A DNA stretch of 64,000 bases, taken from positions 1,248,001 through 1,312,000 of the forward strand of contig OZ241869.1 in assembly GCA_965202805.1 (NCBI GenBank), in the 5' to 3' direction. Shown here piece by piece: positions 48,977-60,945 of the stretch (within the stretch, counting starts at the first letter, position 1; each line of letters begins with the position of its first letter). Origin of the DNA: Longimicrobiales bacterium (GTDB lineage: Bacteria; Gemmatimonadota; Gemmatimonadetes; Longimicrobiales; Gaopeijiaceae). A program made the translations under genes and the position numbers. The notes beneath the pieces are model-generated. The model was not told the origin of the DNA. It did not search any database and worked only from the letters and a program-made list of their open reading frames with translations.

Positions 48977-50115
48977 CGCTACCGCCGGTCGCGGGGCACG
49001 AGCGGACTCGTGCGACCTTCGCCGGAGCGCACGCAAGAGATTCCCTCCCCGCCGCGCTCCTGCTCCACGGCCTGGCGGGAACCGGCAAGCAGCGCATCGC
49101 CCTCTGGCTGGGCCAGCTGCTTCACTGCGAAGCGCCGGACGCCCGGGGCCCGTGCGCCCGCTGCCGTTCCTGCCGGATGGCGGTCGGGCTGCAGCATCCC
49201 GACCTGCACTGGTTCTTCCCCCTGCCCCGCCCCAAGCGCACCAGCGGGGCGGAGCGGATGGTGGCCGCCCTAGAAGAGGCGCGCGCGGCCGCCCTGGAGG
49301 CCATCCGGGGCGAGCCCCTCCGCCCCACCCACGGCGGCCGGCCGCAGGGCATCTACCTGGGTGCGGTCACCACCATCCGGCGCATGGCTCTCAAGCGGCC
49401 GTCGCTGGGCGAGCGGCAGGTCTTCGTCATCGGCAACGCGGAGGAACTCATCCCCCAGGAAGCCAGCGACCAGGCCGCCAACGCGCTGCTCAAGCTGCTG
49501 GAGGAACCGCCCGCCGGCACGACCTTCATCCTCACGTCGAGCGAGCCGGGCCGGCTGCTCCCCACGATCCGGTCGCGCACGGTCCCCTTCCACCTGGGCC
49601 CCCTGCCCCGCGAACGGGTGGAGCGCTTCCTGGTGGAGGTCGCCGAAGCGCCCCCCGCCGACGCCCGCCTGGCCGCGGCGCTGTCACGCGGGTCGATCGG
49701 GCGGGCGCTGGCCTTCCTGCCGGCGGACGGCGAGCCGGGACCGCTCGAGCTCGAGCGCACGCAGGCCCGCGGCCTGCTGGAGGCCACCCTCGATGGCGGC
49801 ATCGGCGCGGCCGCCACGGCGGCGAGCCGGGTCGGGGTGTCAGGCGCGCGCGGATTGCTGGGTCTGTTCGGCGCGCTCGAGGACTGGCTGCGCGACCTGG
49901 CAGCCGTGGCGACCGGCGCACCGGCCTTCAACCACGATGCCGGCCCGTTCCTCGAGCAGGCGGTCGCGCGGCGGAGCATACACCCGGAGGGAGTCGCGCG
50001 CGCGGTGGCGGAGGTGGAGCAGGCCAAGCACCTCGCGGCCACCAACGTCAACCCCCAGCTGCTCGTCTACGGCATGGTGCGCGACGCATCCGCGGCCCTG
50101 GAGACACGCACATGA
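48973..50115 (+). CDS. holB: DNA polymerase III delta-prime subunit
   Basis: ALLLHGLAGTGK, Zn motif C...PCARCRSC, HPDLH, AANALLKLLEEPP, LLPTIRSR. Confidence 0.88.
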   Translation: MTLPPVAGHERTRATFAGAHARDSLPAALLLHGLAGTGKQRIALWLGQLLHCEAPDARGPCARCRSCRMAVGLQHPDLHWFFPLPRPKRTSGAERMVAALEEARAAALEAIRGEPLRPTHGGRPQGIYLGAVTTIRRMALKRPSLGERQVFVIGNAEELIPQEASDQAANALLKLLEEPPAGTTFILTSSEPGRLLPTIRSRTVPFHLGPLPRERVERFLVEVAEAPPADARLAAALSRGSIGRALAFLPADGEPGPLELERTQARGLLEATLDGGIGAAATAASRVGVSGARGLLGLFGALEDWLRDLAAVATGAPAFNHDAGPFLEQAVARRSIHPEGVARAVAEVEQAKHLAATNVNPQLLVYGMVRDASAALETRT

Positions 50116-50594
50116 GCGATTCGCCGAAACTCACGCACCTCGACGCACGCGGCCGACCGCGCATGGTCGACGTCAGCGACAAGCCGGGCACCCGGCGCAC
50201 CGCCGTGGCGGAGGGCCGCATCCGAATGGCGCCCGCGACCCTCGCAGCCATCGAGGAGGGTACGGTCGCAAAGGGCAATGTCCTGCGCGTTGCCGAGGTG
50301 GCCGGCGTCATGGCCGGCAAGCGAACCGGCGAACTCATCCCCCTGTGCCACATTCTCCCCGCCGCCTCCATCCGGGTGGAAGTGGCGCCCGACCCCGACC
50401 TTCCGGGTGTTCGCGCCCGCGCGGCCGCCCGCATCGAAGGCCGGACCGGAGTGGAAATGGAGGCGCTCACCGCGGTGTCGGTGGCGCTGCTCACGGTCTA
50501 CGACATGGCCAAGGCGGCCGACCGCGGAATGGTCATCGAGGGAGTGCGCCTGCTGCGCAAGGAAGGAGGACGCTCCGGCGTCTGGCAGGCCTAA
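50112..50594 (+). CDS. moaC: Cyclic pyranopterin monophosphate synthase
   Basis: LTHLD..G..RMVDVSDK, KGNVL..AEVAGVMAGKRT.ELIPLCH, TGVEMEALT, YDMAKAAD, KEGGRSG. Confidence 0.96.
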   Translation: MSDSPKLTHLDARGRPRMVDVSDKPGTRRTAVAEGRIRMAPATLAAIEEGTVAKGNVLRVAEVAGVMAGKRTGELIPLCHILPAASIRVEVAPDPDLPGVRARAAARIEGRTGVEMEALTAVSVALLTVYDMAKAADRGMVIEGVRLLRKEGGRSGVWQA

Positions 50595-50696
50595 CTTAGC
50601 CAGGCCTGGCCTTCAAAACGCCTTGCCGCCCCGGCGCCTCGCCGCCCTCGCCGCTCGCGCGGATTCGTCCACGGACCATGGGCAGCCCGCGGACTG

Positions 50697-53542
<2,846 letters not shown>

Positions 53543-53570
53543 TCAAACCCGGAAGTGCAGAACATTGCCG

Positions 53571-53600
53571 AGTCTACCCGGGTTCGAGATGAAGTGTCAA
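53571..53600 (-). promoter_or_regulatory. Sigma70 promoter of guaB
   Basis: Minus strand TTGACA (53600-53595), 18 nt, TAGACT (53576-53571), ~105 nt upstream of the ATG. Confidence 0.7.
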
Positions 53601-53637
53601 GCGCCGCGCCGCGACGCCGGGGCCGCGACCCGGACGG

Positions 53638-54045
53638 CTACTCGGAGGGGACTTCATCCTCGCGCGCCGAGGTGCCCCGGGTATCGTCCTCGCGACGGAT
53701 CGCACCGGCGCCCTCCCTGCGTTCTCCGGAGCCTCCCGTGCGCTCATCGGAGCCGTTCAGATCCCGCAGGAACTTCTGTCCGGCCGCCGAGACGTTGGAG
53801 AGGCCGCGATCCGCGGCCGCGAGGAGCTGAAACGCTTCACGGATGACGGCGGGTCTCACGGTGCGCTTGCGCAGGCTGTCCTCGAGTCTCTCGGCGAAGC
53901 GCTGGAAACCGGTGGGCTCCGGCTCCCCTTCCCGGTCACCGTACTTCTCCTCCAGGAACTCGATGTAGTCCAGAACCTGGTAGATCTGCCCGTCGGGCAG
54001 GCTCTCGATCTTCCTCAGCAGGCGGTTGCGCAGGGCATCATGCAT
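53638..54045 (-). CDS. Hypothetical protein, DUF2281-like N-terminus
   Basis: [35 protein letters not shown] pattern. Confidence 0.65.
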   Translation of the reverse strand: MHDALRNRLLRKIESLPDGQIYQVLDYIEFLEEKYGDREGEPEPTGFQRFAERLEDSLRKRTVRPAVIREAFQLLAAADRGLSNVSAAGQKFLRDLNGSDERTGGSGERREGAGAIRREDDTRGTSAREDEVPSE

Positions 54046-54324
54046 TGGCGGTCATCCTTTTCCGAATCCTGGGCGTCCTACGGAGGGCTCACGTGTCGAG
54101 TTCCGGCGCCGAAGGATGGCGTCCGGACACCGATGCACCGCTCCCGCCGATGCCGACGCGGGCGTTCCCGATGCAGGCCGGGGAACACTTCCCCCGCAAA
54201 CCTTGCTGCGGGTCCGGAACCGCGTATCCTTCTGGCAGGGCCGGAGCGTCCCGGCAATCATCCGCGACACCATCCCGTGATGTGCGCGGTTTCAACATAC
54301 AACCGAACGCGGGACTTCGCGTAG

Positions 54325-55170
54325 ATGGCCTATCTGCCGCTGAAAAGCGTTTCCATCACCGGCGAAGCGAGGGATGTCTACCATCGCTGGCTCCAGGGGA
54401 TCGACGACGAGCTGTCGAACCCCGACTGCGACCGGCGCGACCTGTGCCGGCGCTTACTGACCGACATCTACCGGCCGCGGGGCATGAACGCGTCAACCCC
54501 GGGGCGATTCTCCTCCGGGTTCAAGCCCGCCGAGGCCGAGCGCGTCCGGCACCTGCACATGGATCCGGCCAACGTCACCGTCGAACCGGAGCACTACGCC
54601 GACATCGATCCGGAGCGCTACGCACGGGTCAAGCCCCTGCTCTGGCTGTGGGAGATGTTCGACAGGAGCCCGATGGGCGAAAACCTGTACCTGGGCGTGC
54701 TCTTCCGGCGCATCCTTGCCCGGCGCATCTTCCGCCGCTGCGGCAGGGACTTCAAGGCATTCCACCAGGTGAAATTCTCCTTCGGCTACAACATGGAGGT
54801 CGGGGACGGCGTGGTCGTGCACCGGCACGTGCTTCTCGATGACAGGGGCGGCATCCGCCTCGGCGACGGCGCCTCGGTGTCGGACTACGTCAACATCTAC
54901 AGCCACAGCCACGACGTGGTGAACGCTCCCGAGATCACGAACCGGATGACGGTGGTCGGGGCCGGCGTGCGCATCGCCTACCATGCCACCATCCTCACCG
55001 GCGTGACCCTCGGCGACGACAGCATGATCGGCGCGGGCGCGGTAGTGTCCAGGGACACGAAGGCCAGCGCCATCTACGCGGGGATTCCCGCCAAGCTGGT
55101 GCGCAGGAAGCCCGATCTGCCCAGGAGATCCGCACCGCCGGACCCGTTCGCGGGGATGTTCAACGGGTAG
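54325..55170 (+). CDS. Hexapeptide-repeat (left-handed beta-helix) acyltransferase
   Basis: NMEVGDGVVVH, IRLGDGASVS.YVNIYSHSH, VGAGVRIAYHATILTGVTLGDDSMIGAGAVVSRD...AGIPAK. Confidence 0.85.
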   Translation: MAYLPLKSVSITGEARDVYHRWLQGIDDELSNPDCDRRDLCRRLLTDIYRPRGMNASTPGRFSSGFKPAEAERVRHLHMDPANVTVEPEHYADIDPERYARVKPLLWLWEMFDRSPMGENLYLGVLFRRILARRIFRRCGRDFKAFHQVKFSFGYNMEVGDGVVVHRHVLLDDRGGIRLGDGASVSDYVNIYSHSHDVVNAPEITNRMTVVGAGVRIAYHATILTGVTLGDDSMIGAGAVVSRDTKASAIYAGIPAKLVRRKPDLPRRSAPPDPFAGMFNG

Positions 55171-55236
55171 GGCCGCCCGGCCCCGGACCCTGCCTCCGGG
55201 CCCGTCGGGTCTCTCGGCCGGCACAGGTACTCCCAC

Positions 55237-56133
55237 ATGCTCCAGCGCTTCGACGAACGCAATCGGGACCTGATCGTCAACGTCAACGGACGCCTGCTGC
55301 ACCGGGACCAGGCGGGGGTCAGTCCCTTCGACTCGGTCGTGCAGGGCGGCGACGCGGTCTGGGAGGGGCTCAGGCTCTACGAGGGTCGGATCTTCAGGCT
55401 GGAGGAGCACCTGGCGCGGCTGCGGTCCTCGGCGCTCGCGCTCGCCTTCGCCGGGATTCCGCCGGACGAGGAGATCGTCGAGGAGATCCGGCGCACCCTC
55501 GCCGCGAACCGGATGCGCGACGGGGTGCACATCCGGCTGACGCTCACGCGGGGCGTCAAGTATACGAGCGGCATGGATCCCCGCCTCAACCGGTCCGGCC
55601 CCACGCTGATCGTGTTGGCCGAGCACAAGGCGCCCGTCTACGAGCGGTCCGGACTCCGGCTGATCACGAGTTCGCTCAGGCGGTTCGACCCCGATGCGCT
55701 CGACCCGAAGATCCACCACGCCAACCTGCTCCAGTCCATCCTCGCCAAGATCGAGGCGAATGCCGCGGGCGCGGATGACGCGCTCATGCTCGACCGGCGC
55801 GGCTTCATCGCCGAGACCAACGCCACCAACTTCTTCCTCGTGACCGGCGGAGTCGTGACGACCGGGCGGGCGGCGGCATGTCCCGAAGGGATCACGCGCG
55901 CGGCCGTCCTGGAACTGTGCGCCGACAACGGCATCCGTTACCGGGTGAAGGACCTCTCGCTGACCGAAGCCTACCGCGCCGACGAGGCCTTCTGCACGGG
56001 TACGATGGGCGAGCTGGCCAGCGTGACCGAAATCGACGGGCGTACGATCGGCACCGGCGAACCGGGCCCGGTGACGGGACGGCTCAGCGGGTTGTTCCGG
56101 GAGCTGACGGCGCGCTCGGGAACGGCGATCTGA
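55237..56133 (+). CDS. Class IV PLP aminotransferase (IlvE/D-amino-acid aminotransferase-like)
   Basis: SPFDS...GDAVWEGLR, FRLEEHLARLRSSA, IRLTLTRG, KIHHAN, ALMLD..GFIAETNATNFF, EGITR, ADEAFCTGT. Confidence 0.9.
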   Translation: MLQRFDERNRDLIVNVNGRLLHRDQAGVSPFDSVVQGGDAVWEGLRLYEGRIFRLEEHLARLRSSALALAFAGIPPDEEIVEEIRRTLAANRMRDGVHIRLTLTRGVKYTSGMDPRLNRSGPTLIVLAEHKAPVYERSGLRLITSSLRRFDPDALDPKIHHANLLQSILAKIEANAAGADDALMLDRRGFIAETNATNFFLVTGGVVTTGRAAACPEGITRAAVLELCADNGIRYRVKDLSLTEAYRADEAFCTGTMGELASVTEIDGRTIGTGEPGPVTGRLSGLFRELTARSGTAI

Positions 56134-56152
56134 GCCACCCCCCCGGCCATCG

Positions 56153-57562
56153 TCATCCTCGCCCGTCACCTTCCGGGGCCGAGGCGTCGCCATCGTCCAC
56201 CGAATGGAACGACTCCCCCTGCCACCGCCGCTCCAGCCGCCGGAAGGTCTCGACCAGTTCGCGGCGCATGCGGGCGAAGCGCATTCGCACATCGGGCCGC
56301 CCCTGAAGCTTCAGGAACAGCATCGTGTCCTCCTTCACCTCCCGGGCCAGTTCCACCCACAGGATGGCCAGATACCCGCACAGCGGCGCCACCACCGCCG
56401 CGCCCAGGGCGGCGAAGGGACCGCCGGCAGCATAGCCCAGGACCACCCAGAGCACCCAGGCCGCGAACACGCCGCCGAGGAGCGTCGCGAGCTTGAAGGT
56501 GGCCCTCACCTCGTAGTCGGGACGCAGGCTCCGGACCACGACCCCGGCCAACTGCGTCACGGGCACCCAGAATACCGATCCCGACAGGGCGAACGGCAGC
56601 CCCAGCAGGAGCAGGCTCCCCCGCACGGCGATGTAGCGCGCGACCGGCACGAGACCGTAACGGGGCGGCACGTCCCCCTCCCCCGCCCCAACCCGCGCAC
56701 TCAGGGCGGCGTAGTGCTCCACCATGCGCCTGAGTTCGCGGTGCTCGCCCGGGGCCTCGCGCCGGATCCACTCCAGCCCGGCGGCGAAACGCTGCAGGCG
56801 GGGAAAACGCGAGCCCAGCGCCTCCCGCGCCCGCCACGGGACCCAGCGCGACTCGCGCACGTAGAGCTGTTCCGCCACCTCCACCAGCGCCCGGTCCTCG
56901 TGATGAACGAAGTTGAGGGTGCGGGCGCGGATCCCGGCCTCGATCCGCTCGGTGAGCGCTCGCGCGGCCGCCATCGGGTCCTCGCGCCAGGCGTCCCTCA
57001 GGTCGGCGCACTCGAAGGCGGGCCCGAAGCGCACGGCCACCGCCGTCCGGGCCCGCTCCTTGCGCGAGTACGTGATCCCCACTGGCACGATCGAGAGCCC
57101 CAACTCCCATCCCGCCTCCGCCTCGGCCTGCAGCGCGATGCGGGCGGCCCCCGTGCGGAACTCGACCAGATGGGCCTCGGAGTGGCTCCGGCCCTCCGGG
57201 TAGATCTGGATCGCACCGCCCTCCCGGAGCACCCCTGTCGCCGCGCGGAACATGTCCTGGTTGCGGTGCATCGCGCCGGGGTCGTCCTGGCGACGGTAGA
57301 CCGGAATGCCGCCGAGCGCCCTCAGCAACGGCCCGAGCAAGAGCCCGTCGAAGAGCGGCGCCCGCGCCAGCGGCCGGGGCAAGCGCTCGCTGCAGAGGAA
57401 GATGAGGAGGGGATCCAGCAGGCTGTTGGGGTGATTGGCCGCGACCAGCAGCGGGCCCGCAGGCAGGGGAGGTCCGTGGTGGTCCACCCGGTAGAACACG
57501 CCCGCGGCTGCGCCCGCCACCCAGGTGATCAGCCTCGCGATGCGGCTTTGTGGCCTCGCCAA
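56153..57562 (-). CDS. PlsC-like lysophospholipid/glycerol-phosphate acyltransferase
   Basis: HX4D motif ANHPNSLLDP, IPVYRRQD, IYPEGRSH, RTGAARIAL, IVPVGITY; C-terminal TM helices. Confidence 0.88.
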   Translation of the reverse strand: MARPQSRIARLITWVAGAAAGVFYRVDHHGPPLPAGPLLVAANHPNSLLDPLLIFLCSERLPRPLARAPLFDGLLLGPLLRALGGIPVYRRQDDPGAMHRNQDMFRAATGVLREGGAIQIYPEGRSHSEAHLVEFRTGAARIALQAEAEAGWELGLSIVPVGITYSRKERARTAVAVRFGPAFECADLRDAWREDPMAAARALTERIEAGIRARTLNFVHHEDRALVEVAEQLYVRESRWVPWRAREALGSRFPRLQRFAAGLEWIRREAPGEHRELRRMVEHYAALSARVGAGEGDVPPRYGLVPVARYIAVRGSLLLLGLPFALSGSVFWVPVTQLAGVVVRSLRPDYEVRATFKLATLLGGVFAAWVLWVVLGYAAGGPFAALGAAVVAPLCGYLAILWVELAREVKEDTMLFLKLQGRPDVRMRFARMRRELVETFRRLERRWQGESFHSVDDGDASAPEGDGRG

Positions 57563-57764
57563 CCGTGCCTCCTCCCGCTCAGGTTTTCCGCCCGACGCCT
57601 TATCCTGGCTGCCGCCGCCGAACTTCGCACCCCGTTCCGGCGCCGCAAGGGCGTGATCCGTTCGCCAAGCGACCGTGGACCTGCGAACGGCCAGCTATCG
57701 CCGGTCGAACCGGTGTGACAGATTGGGCCCGGAGCCGCCGAATGACCACCAGCGAGGAAGCGAG

Positions 57765-58856
57765 ATGCCCGGACCCGATCTCTCACGCCGGAGTTTTCTT
57801 CAGGCTGCGACGCTCGCCATCGGCGGGCTGAGCACGGGCGCCTGCCGCCTGGACGAACCTGCGCCAAGCCCTCTCCGCATTCTCATCCTGGGAGGAACGG
57901 GCTTTGTGGGACCCCACCAGGTGAGGACTGCCGTGGCGCGCGGCCACGAGGTCACCCTCTTCAACCGGGGCATCACGAACCCCGGGCTCTTTCCCGACCT
58001 CGAGACCCTGATCGGGGACCGGGACGGCGACCTGGCCGCTCTGGAGGGCCGCGACTGGGACGTGGTCATCGACAATTCGGCCAACCTGCCGCGCTGGGTG
58101 CGCCTCTCGACCGAGGTGCTGCGCGGCTCCGTCGGGAAGTACCTCTTCGTGTCCTCGACCGGCGTCTACATCCCCTACCTCACCACCGACATCCACGAAG
58201 ACGCCCCGGTGGACACCATCGAGGACCCGGAGACGGAGGTCGTGAACGGCCGCACCTTCGGCGCCCTGAAGGCCCTTGCGGAGGGCGAGGCCCGCGACGC
58301 CTTCCCCGAGGCCCACCTGGTCCTGCGCCCGACCTACATCGTCGGACCCGGCGACCCGACCGACCGCTACACCTACTGGCCGGTGCGGCTGGCGCGCGGC
58401 GGCGAGGTGCTCGCGCCGGGGACCCCCGACGACCCCATGCAGCACGTGGACGTCCGCGACCTGGCCGCGTTCATGATCGACGCCGTGGAGGACGACCTGA
58501 CGGGCACCTGGAACGTGGTGGGCCCGCGCGAACCGCTCACGATGGGCAGCCTGCTCGAGCGCACGCGCGCCGCGGTGGGCTCGGACGCCACCCTCACCTG
58601 GGTGGACGCCGCCTTCCTGATGGACAACGGCCTGTCGGCCCTGACCTACTGGACCGAACCCGCGGGCGACTACCTGGGCATGATGCAGGTCAACGGGGAC
58701 AAGGCGTTCGACGCGGGGTTTGCGATGCGGCCGCTGGAAGAGACCGCGCGCGACACGCTGGAGTGGTTCAACGCCCAGGATGCGGAACGGCAGGAGTTGC
58801 GGTCGGGGCTGACGCCGGCGCGCGAGGCTGAGTTGCTGGCGGCGTTTCGGGGGTGA
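57765..58856 (+). CDS. NAD-dependent epimerase/dehydratase-family (atypical SDR) protein with a Tat signal
   Basis: SRRSFLQ twin-arginine motif; ILILGGTGFVG, GHEVTLFNRG, FGALK, LRPTYIVGPGD, QHVDVRDLA. Confidence 0.88.
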   Translation: MPGPDLSRRSFLQAATLAIGGLSTGACRLDEPAPSPLRILILGGTGFVGPHQVRTAVARGHEVTLFNRGITNPGLFPDLETLIGDRDGDLAALEGRDWDVVIDNSANLPRWVRLSTEVLRGSVGKYLFVSSTGVYIPYLTTDIHEDAPVDTIEDPETEVVNGRTFGALKALAEGEARDAFPEAHLVLRPTYIVGPGDPTDRYTYWPVRLARGGEVLAPGTPDDPMQHVDVRDLAAFMIDAVEDDLTGTWNVVGPREPLTMGSLLERTRAAVGSDATLTWVDAAFLMDNGLSALTYWTEPAGDYLGMMQVNGDKAFDAGFAMRPLEETARDTLEWFNAQDAERQELRSGLTPAREAELLAAFRG

Positions 58857-58866
58857 GAGCGGGTGA

Positions 58867-58946
58867 TGATACTACGCATCAGCCGAGGTGATACTACTCG
58901 TAGGGTCTGAGTGATACTACCCGACATCACGATGTGATACTACTCG
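58867..58946. repeat. Four direct repeats of TGATACTAC at 22-23 bp period
   Basis: Copies start at 58867, 58889, 58912 and 58935; copies 2-4 extend to GTGATACTACYCG; the intervening 13-14 nt differ. Confidence 0.9.
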
Positions 58947-58988
58947 GGCAAGACCCTCATCCCCAAGCCAGCTCGGTTGCCACGGTAG

Positions 58989-60077
58989 GTGCCATGGACC
59001 GCTGGCGTGGAGCACAACGTGGAGGAACGGCCCCGCATCGAAGGCAATCTGGCGACGGTGTTGGACAAAGCACGGACGGAAGTCGGTGGTCTCCTGCGAC
59101 GACGGTCCCGTCTCATGGGCACTCGCTTCCAGGAGATGCCGGAGTACCCCGATTTCGCCTGGCGCGAGGCGATGCACAACGCGGTCGCCCCACCGGGACT
59201 ACGCGATCCAGGGGGCGGGCACTGAGATCTGGATGTTCGAGGATCGCATGGAGGTGGTGAGCGCGGGCGCTTTTCCGGAGGGCGTGACTCTGGAACAGGT
59301 GCTCCGGCTGGAGCGTGTCCACCGGAGCCGTAACCCGCGAATCGTGCGCGTCCTGGTCGATCTCGGCTACGCCAAGGATCAGGGCGAGGGCATACCGCGC
59401 ATGTTCGCGGAGATGGAGGACGCCTTCCTGCCTCGCCCCGTTGTGGAGGTGCAAGGACAGCAGGTGATGGTGACGTTGCGCAACACGTCCACCCTGACCG
59501 CTGCCGACCGCCGATTCGTGGCAGGGCTCGGAGACGCGGAGTTGAGCCGTGGCGAATTCCGCGCGCTGCTCATGGCGTACCGGCGCGACCGGGTGGACAA
59601 CGCCCGGCTGCGCGCCGTCATGGGACTGGACACGCTGGCTGCGAGCCAGTTGCTGCGAGGACTACGGGACCGAGACCTGCTCACGTTGTATTCGCACGGA
59701 GCGGCCAGCTACTACACCCTGTCCCCCGCGTTGCGCGAGCATATCGGGGGGAGCTCGGCGCGGATCGGGGGGAGCTCGGCACGGATCGAGGGGAGCTCCC
59801 AGCCAATGTCCAACGCGCTATCGAGGATCTGGGCACCCGACCACGCAAGGAACACCTCCGCACCGTCATCAAAGCAATCTGCGTCGCGAGGGAATGGACG
59901 ACGTCGGGCGAAATCGCGCGCTTCCTGAACTTCTCCCAGCGGAAGCTGGGTAGCCGTCATCTGCTGCCGATGGTTGAAGCCGGTGTGCTGCTCCGGCGGT
60001 ATCCGGACAGCCCGACGCATCCCGAGCAGGCATACCGGGCAAGCCGCGGCCGGGCCAGCGACCGGAGCGGGGCGTAG
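58989..60077 (+). pseudogene. 5'-truncated, doubly frameshifted HATPase_c_4 (RecG-C-like) + wHTH protein
   Basis: PEYPDFAWREAMHNAVA continues as HRDY...SRNPRIVRVLVDLGYAKDQGEGIPRM in the +1 frame (extra C near 59190), then DRGELG repeats...LLPMVEAGVLLRRYPDSPTHPEQAY in another frame after ~59740; stop at 60077. Confidence 0.85.
59743..59800 (+). repeat. 21-bp tandem repeat, about 2.7 copies (codes DRGELGA)
   Basis: ATCGGGGGGAGCTCGGCGCGG / ATCGGGGGGAGCTCGGCACGG / ATCGAGGGGAGCTCCC. Confidence 0.85.
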
Positions 60078-60121
60078 TGGAGGTGAAATCGCCCGAGGAC
60101 GACACGCTGGCCTGAGGTTCG

Positions 60122-60823
60122 CTATCGGATCGTTGCTAGAGCCGAAAGACCCTTGCGATCAACAGACTCGGCTACCGCCACGGCACTGAGTTTTTTGGCG
60201 GAGAGCTGTTCGTCGATGCCCACTGTGCCCACCGCTAGTGCGTCAAGATTCGGCCCCAGCTCAGGACGCTCTATCTCATCCCAACCCCGCACCGAGAGTG
60301 CGAGTTGGAAGTCCGTTCTCAACGCGTAGTTCACGGCAAGGCAATTATCGTCAAGAAACCGAGCCCGATCGCGACCCTTTGGCAGCGATAGCGGCAGACA
60401 TTGAGTATACCGGAGACGCAGCTGTGGATCGACATTCATGAGAAGCTCTTCCAGGAAGAGCATCAAATCAAATGACTTGCGGTACACGTAACATTCGACG
60501 TACCAGTGTTTGCCCCGCACCACCGCAGAAAGATCAGGACTTCGCGCATTGTCTCCAGATTTACCCCATCGAACATCACGGCCTACCTCGCAAAGGTGCT
60601 CAGCTACTTGCAACTGCCACACCAATGCCCAGAAATCGGCTATCTCTGCTGTGTTGAGAAATGACCTGCTCTCGTTCTTCCAATTGGGCAGCTGATTCGC
60701 GCAACAAAGCAACTCTTCCAGCCGCTGAAACACATTCTCCGCCTCATAGACTCCCAGACGCCAGGCAAGATAGTGGCAAAAATACGGTGGACGCTCGCTG
60801 GAGTTCCTGAGCATCTCGCTCAA
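60122..60823 (-). CDS. Low-GC hypothetical protein, possibly degraded, with a PD-(D/E)xK-like motif
   Basis: 233-aa ORF; sampled lines are 27/60 and 30/60 GC versus 42/60 in the neighbouring SDR gene; SPDLSAVVRGKHWYVECY. Start uncertain. Confidence 0.55.
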   Translation of the reverse strand: MSEMLRNSSERPPYFCHYLAWRLGVYEAENVFQRLEELLCCANQLPNWKNESRSFLNTAEIADFWALVWQLQVAEHLCEVGRDVRWGKSGDNARSPDLSAVVRGKHWYVECYVYRKSFDLMLFLEELLMNVDPQLRLRYTQCLPLSLPKGRDRARFLDDNCLAVNYALRTDFQLALSVRGWDEIERPELGPNLDALAVGTVGIDEQLSAKKLSAVAVAESVDRKGLSALATIR

Positions 60824-60945
60824 GAAGATTCTCCCGATTGCCGGGTAACTCCGAAATCTACATTCGACGCGCCGCCAGTCGATTAGTTGGTGGACCAGCT
60901 TGCGCTGTGCAGGCTGGTAGGAAGGAATTGCCCATCAATTCCCCC

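Noticed and set aside
41377..49036. Very long minus-strand ORFs (1212, 686 and 1083 aa)
   Set aside because: Antisense shadows of mfd, the PPIases and pdxA, expected at ~70% GC; no recognisable motifs.
58867..58946. Mini CRISPR array
   Set aside because: Repeats (9-13 bp) and spacers (10-14 bp) are far too short, and no cas genes are in the window.
59180..59200. Programmed frameshift in the HATPase_c_4 gene
   Set aside because: No slippery heptamer; a second shift and the 5' truncation point to decay.
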